Of a stretch of 64,000 nt of DNA, positions 58,409 through 64,000 are shown in pieces. A program made the translations under genes and the position numbers. The stretch comes from Flaccisagitta enflata (Eukaryota): positions 26,722,001 through 26,786,000 of the forward strand of contig OZ231126.1 of assembly GCA_965153355.1 (NCBI GenBank), written 5' to 3'. Each line of letters opens with the position of its first letter. The first letter of the stretch is position 1. The notes beneath the pieces were generated by a model. It saw only the letters and a list, made by a program, of their open reading frames with translations, did not search any database and was not told the DNA's origin.

Positions 58409-58829
58409 CTTCCTCCTCCATTTGTTTGCTCATTGCATTGCGATCTAATCCATTTAACGAAGTTTGGTTTCTCCCCCTTTTCAAGGAAGTGAATTTATAT
58501 TGAATTAAGCTTTAAGGAGGGAGCGGAGAAATCCGCTTTGTATTCGTTCAGGTGTAAGCTAGCGTATGAGCTCTAAGCTCGCGTATGAGCTCTAAGCTTA
58601 CGGTTCACTCTCAATTTGTTGCGCATACTTTTCAAATAGCCTTCGCTAGAAAGAGTTCTAAACGGTTGTAGATTTACGCGATATTCCCGAATCTGTGACT
58701 TCAGTTGGTCGCATATAGCTTTACGTCCATCAGGCGCCTTATTTCAATTTTTGATTACAAATGTCTGCATCAGCCAAAGGTCCGAACTCCCTTCTCAGCT
58801 CTGTTCATTTCCGGTAAGCTTTAGACATA

Positions 58830-59593
58830 CCCTGCTTTCAATATCGAGTGTTACCAGCAAAACCTTTATTGCGTTTAAAGTATATATTTTGGGAAATTCA
58901 GGTAGGATTTGCCAAAAAGTATATAACCTACCATTTGTTCATGCAAAATTTCAAAGGACTGGCTCAAGCCGTTTGGCTTCCACATGATTTTGAATGAAAA
59001 TGAGATAAACCCCATAAGAGAATTTTTTTAAAAATTGATTAACTGACACTGTGACATTGAATCATTGTCATTTCTTAACGTATCAAGCAAAAATGGCCAG
59101 ATTTATCTTGAAAGAAGGATATCAGTCTCAGTTTATGTATCTCTGTAGAAAAAGACCAAATCATTGAAATCTATGTGGAAAATCTGGGTTTTCCTTTTAA
59201 TTTTTGAAGTTTGAGCAGGTTTCAAATAACAACAACTGTATTTCAGCACCAAAATTCTTATAGAATGGTGAAAAGCTAAAATGATACAAATTAAGTGTCA
59301 ATTATTGACTATACATGACTTATTTGGTCATTCCAGCTCATGATGCACAAAGTTTATAAGGGTTCATACATATTAAATCGCTCAAAAATGTCATTTTTTT
59401 AGCAAATTTTGCTCAAATTTCATCAAATTTCAAATACATGTGGACGATGAACCGCTAGACCCAGCTTGACGAAATTTTGCATGAAATAATGGTAAGTTAT
59501 TTGCTTTCAGACAAAACCAACCGGATTTTCTAAAAATAAATACTTTAGACGCAATAAAGGTTTTGCTGGTAACACTCGATATTGAAAGCAGGG
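58830..59593. mobile_element. TA-flanked MITE with ~180-bp TIRs
   Basis: TA|CCCTGCTTTCAATATCGAGTGTTACCAGCAAAACCTTTATTGCG ... CGCAATAAAGGTTTTGCTGGTAACACTCGATATTGAAAGCAGGG|TA. Confidence 0.85.
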
Positions 59594-59773
59594 TAGATGA
59601 ACCGCATAATCGTGGTGTTCTGAGATTCGTTTGACAAATTTGCATAATACATTGACATAAGTTAGGTAGTTCCTTCTGCTGTTGCGTACCAGACAGAATA
59701 ATGTTTTTAATCAAAACTATCATTCGAGCTCTACGTTACACGTTACACCAAGGAGTAGCTGCTTGCGTATGGG

Positions 59774-62587
59774 CCGGTGGCGTGTTCAGGATTTCCCAAA
59801 AATGCAAAAAACGCCTGTGCAGAAAGTTTGGGCACGTTATGAGGTTAGCATGACACAAAAAAATTATCAGCCGGGATTTTCTCTGAGTCCTTGGACCTCA
59901 CCACTTCTTTAAAGTTAGCCTGTCCGGGCCCAAAAAGGGTGTTTTTGATGTATAACCCTCAAAATTGAAATATTGCAAAAATGGTCAAAATTTTGCCAAA
60001 AATCTTCATTCTTGGGCTTGTTGGGTAGGAAAGACATCAAGGAAGGTGGTTGGGTGGGTGGTCAGGGGGGGTGGGGTGGGGGCAAGGGGGTCAAATTGGC
60101 CAAAATTGAGGTCCTGATGGAGGTGGTTGTAAAAAATGACAAAAAATCAAAATGTTGATTTTTTTGGTCAAAACATGTTGTAACTTGATGATTTTAGCCA
60201 AAAAACCAAATGTAAATTGGAATCATGGGTCAAAAATGCCAAATAACAGCCCTTGTGGTTTTTATTGATTTCAGGGTATCTACCATTCAACTTTGAAGGC
60301 TGATATCTCTTAAATGGTTAGGAGAAAATATTTTTGGTTAATCTCATTCAAAAGAACACTCAAAAAACTTTTAGAAGCTTGTGGATTTTGTCCTTTTTCA
60401 TTCAAAAATGGCGCCTCAGTAGTCTCGCAAAGTACAGCAAAAAATTACTTTTTTGACTGTTTGACCTTTACCACTGGGGTGTTTCATAGAGGGCTCATGG
60501 TCGAATTTGGGGCTGGCTGTGAAATCATAATTGGGTTATAGTTAGATGAAGTCCCCGAGCTCTTTCGTTGGCTTCCTGGAGGCTTCCACGAGTTACTCAG
60601 CCTCCGTACAGGTGGCCAAAAAGGCCAAAAAAGGCCAAAAATGACAAAAAAGCTTCAAGATTCAAATTTTTTGGTTAATTTGATTAGAAGAACCAAAATG
60701 TCTTTCTAGTTTACTCAGTTATATCTTATGGAATTGGGCTATGCTGAAAAACGACCAGCAAAAGCCGTGGGGGTCTCTAAGGACCCCAAAATGGCCAAAA
60801 AAAGAGCAAAAAATGACTCATTTTAGGAGATATCAAAAAATAATGAAATTTTTTTATCAAATCATCGTTTCATGCAAAGATGTAGTCTCAGTGAAGTACA
60901 AGAGACCAGAAATAGCAAAAAAATTCGACCCTCATGTCTGTATCAGGCCAAAAACAGGTCAAATATAGCCAAAGTAGGCTTAAAATGACAAAAAACTTCA
61001 AAATTCAAATCTTTTTGGTTAATTTGATTAGAAAAACCAAAACGTCTTTGTAGTTTACTCAGTTAAAACTTATGGAACTGTGCTATGCTGAAGAACAACC
61101 AGCGAAATCCCTGGAGGGGCTCTCAGGACCCAAATATGGCAAAAAAAAGGGGCAAAAATGACTCATTTTAGGGATTATTAAAAATAATGAAAAATATTGA
61201 AATTTTTTTACCAATTTATCGATTCATGCAAAAATATAGTCTCAGTGAAGTACATGAGACTAGAAATTTGACCCTCATTGCTGTATCAGGCCAAAAACAG
61301 GTCAAATATAGCCAAAGTTGGCTTAAAATGTCAAAAAAACTTCAAAGAAATCGTTAGTGATGCCAGTTAACGACCCGGCGGAAAGATTTTTTTGTTAATC
61401 CCTAAGATGAGTCATTTTTGGCCCTTTTTTTGGCCATTTTAGGGTCCATAGAGCCCCTCCAGGGCTTTCGCTGGTTGTTCTTCAGCATAGCACAGTTCCA
61501 TTAGTTTTAACTGAGTAAACTACAAAGACGTTTTGGTTTTTCTAATCAAATTAACCAAAAAATTTGAATTTTAAAGCTTTTTTTGTAATTTTAAGCTTAC
61601 TTTGGCTATATTTGACCTGTCTCTGGCCTGATACAGCCATGAGGGTCAATTTTTTTGCTATTTCTAGTCTCTTGTACTTCACTGAGACTATATTTTTGCA
61701 TGAATCGATGATTTGATAAGAAAATTTCAATATTTTTTATTATTTTTTGATATTCCCTAAAATGAGTCATTTTTTGCCCTTTTTGTATCTTGGGGTCTTG
61801 CCCACAGCTAGTTCACAGCCAGCCCAATTCCATAAAATATAACTGAGTAAACTAGAAAGACATTTTGGTTCTTCTAATCAAATAAAAAAATTTGAATTTT
61901 GATTTTTTAACATGTGGCCTTTTGGCCACCTGTACAGAGGCCGTAACTCGTGGAAGCCTCAGGGGCAAAAACAGGCTACAACTATGATTTCACAGCTATA
62001 AGTCAACCTCTGGCCCCCAGTGTATAGATCAAACAGTCAAAAAATGTTTTACATACTTAAGACTACAGCATTTTGGAAAATGACAAATTCTGAAGCTTCT
62101 GAATTTTAGTGCTGCTGAATGAGATTAATAAAACATTTTCTCTAACCGTTTAAGAAGATATCAGCCTACAAAGAATGGTAGATACCCTGAATCAATAAAA
62201 ACCACAAGGGTGTTGTGGCATTTTATTATGTCAATTTACTGTTTTTAAAAATCATCAGTTCTAATTTTGACAAAAAATCAACATTTTTTTTGTCATTTTA
62301 CAACCCAGCTCAGGCAGCAATTTTGCCTTTTTTTTTTGCCTTTACCATGATGTCTCACCCAGACCAAATGAAGATTTTTGGCAAAATTTGGACCATTTTA
62401 ATATTCAATTTGAGTTTCATCCACTTTCCTTTTTGGGCCTGACAGGCCAACTGAAGTGGTGAGGTCCGAGGACTCAGAGAAAATCCCGGCTGATGATTTT
62501 TTTGTGTCATGCTAACCTCATAACGTGCCCAAACTTTCTGCACAGGCGTTTTTTGCATTTTTGGGAAATCCTGAACACGCCAATGGG
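59774..62587. mobile_element. 2.8-kb foldback (palindromic) element with internal ~360-bp duplications
   Basis: TGGCGTGTTCAGGATTTCCCAAAAATGCAAAAAACGCCTGTGC.. is mirrored at 62450-62582, and the arms are complementary inward to ~61180/61396. Exact ends and TSD were not resolved. Confidence 0.8.
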
Positions 62588-63816
62588 CCGGGACAGTTAT
62601 GTTTAAATTTTTGGCCGTTATTTTGGGCCATGACAGACCTTTCTACAGGCTCACCAACCGACGGACGGACACACCCTTAAATAGACACACTTAGCTTTGC
62701 AAGCGACTTAAACTTCCGCGACTGATAGACATAAACATGTTCATCGAAAGTGCCATGTGGATGTGGCGTGACCCTGTAAAAAAAAAAGCTCCTGTGAGTC
62801 ATACATGAGATCACAACCAACCTTCTAGCTCCTCAGCTACCTTTCCGTCAATCAAACCTTCTCCGTCTCTAATTAATCATCTTCGAAGGTTTTGTGACGA
62901 TTGAAACAAGCTTTCCTTTCATTCTTCTTTTCTTTTTATTTCCCCATCTAAAAGTTGACACCAGTGTCCAAATTCCTACACTGCGCTTTTTTTTTTTTCT
63001 TCTTCTTTGCCGTTTTTTGTGTGTCCTGGTCTCATCCATCATCGAATTTTGTCAGCTTCTTCAGTTTCTAATTGCCTTGAACTACAGTCAAACAAAAGAA
63101 GAAAAAAGATTCGGGGAAAATGAAAAGGTAAAATTTCTAATTTGCATAAAATGGATTCGGAATTTAACAATTTTTTGGGAGAGATGAGGAGAGAAACCAA
63201 GGAAACCCTTTTTTTGCTTTCGCATGAAAAAAGGAGAGAGAGAGAGAGAGAGAGAGATTCAGACAGAGAAACATATAGGTTAAGATAGATAGAGGGGGAA
63301 GCACGCAAACAGACAGACGCATGGAACAGGATGGTAGAAATCGGAGAAAGAAAGAAACTGACCGTGATAAACAGAATGACAGAGCGACAGGAGGACAGAC
63401 CGAGAGAAATTCAGTGGAAAGCTAGGTATAGGCGCCTTGGATTTTTCTCCAGCAATTTTCTTTTCTCGTTCCGATGATTTATCATCTTTAAAATTTCTTG
63501 ATGAGGATCAGAATTCAGTTGAAGCGTCAGCGGCGGTGGAGGTAGACCGCTGCTTTATAAGGAATCAAACTGATTGGTCAATACGATTCGCCTGACCGCC
63601 AGTCGCCCAGAGCTTGACGCCAGTTGACCCGAAATGATCGCCACCAACTTCAATGGTTTCATGATCCTGATGGTGCATAGATTATATTTCTGGAAAAAAT
63701 GAAATCTGTTTTGGGGCGCTTTTTAAGATATCTAAAAAAATAGTATCATTTCACTATATTTTTTACCATAACTCTCTGAGATAAGTTTTTTTGATAATTT
63801 TCACTGCAGATTTGAT

Positions 63817-64000
63817 CTCAGATGATAGTTTCCGGATTGTTTGATATGTCACACTATATACTTTTGCAAAAGAAATAAAAGCTTATTTTTTAGTCACAAT
63901 ACTTTAAAAAACGATGTTAAATAGCAAAATTTAACTTTTTATTTCTTTTAAAAAGGTATATAGTGTCACATATCAAACAAACCGGAAACTATCATCTGAG
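63817..64000. repeat. Centre of another inverted repeat that runs off the window
   Basis: CTCAGATGATAGTTTCCGG..TTTGATATG..ACACTATATAC is mirrored by GTATATAGTGT..CATATCAAA..CCGGAAACTATCATCTGAG. Confidence 0.75.

Noticed and set aside
58550-59750. Weak inverted similarity (GGTGTAA..GAGCTC / GAGCTC..TTACACC) enclosing the 58830-59593 MITE
   Set aside because: Too short and no TSD found; cannot support an outer element.

Overview
Eukaryotic, most likely invertebrate animal, genomic DNA that is very rich in microsatellites and transposable elements. Most ORFs in the track are translated simple repeats. Host coding content I can support: a complete 4-exon, 170-aa calcineurin B gene on the minus strand (768-2208) and a pancreatic-lipase-family C-terminal exon with an in-frame stop (about 16445-16925). 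Mobile content: (1) a 5.5-kb hAT-like DNA transposon (4600-10129) with a 7-bp TSD and a long but frameshifted transposase; (2) a near-full-length LINE (about 52177-58318) in a (CT)n tract, with a polyQ/esterase-like ORF1 and an APE-RT ORF2 carrying one nonsense codon; (3) a Penelope-like GIY-YIG fragment with a minimal hammerhead-ribozyme motif, nested in a hAT MITE that is itself nested in a Tc1/mariner-like MITE; (4) several more TIR/foldback elements with readable TSDs, and many DINE-1/Helentron-like short elements. No tRNA, rRNA or CRISPR array was seen. All assignments come from reading the sequence and recalled family motifs; no database search was run.
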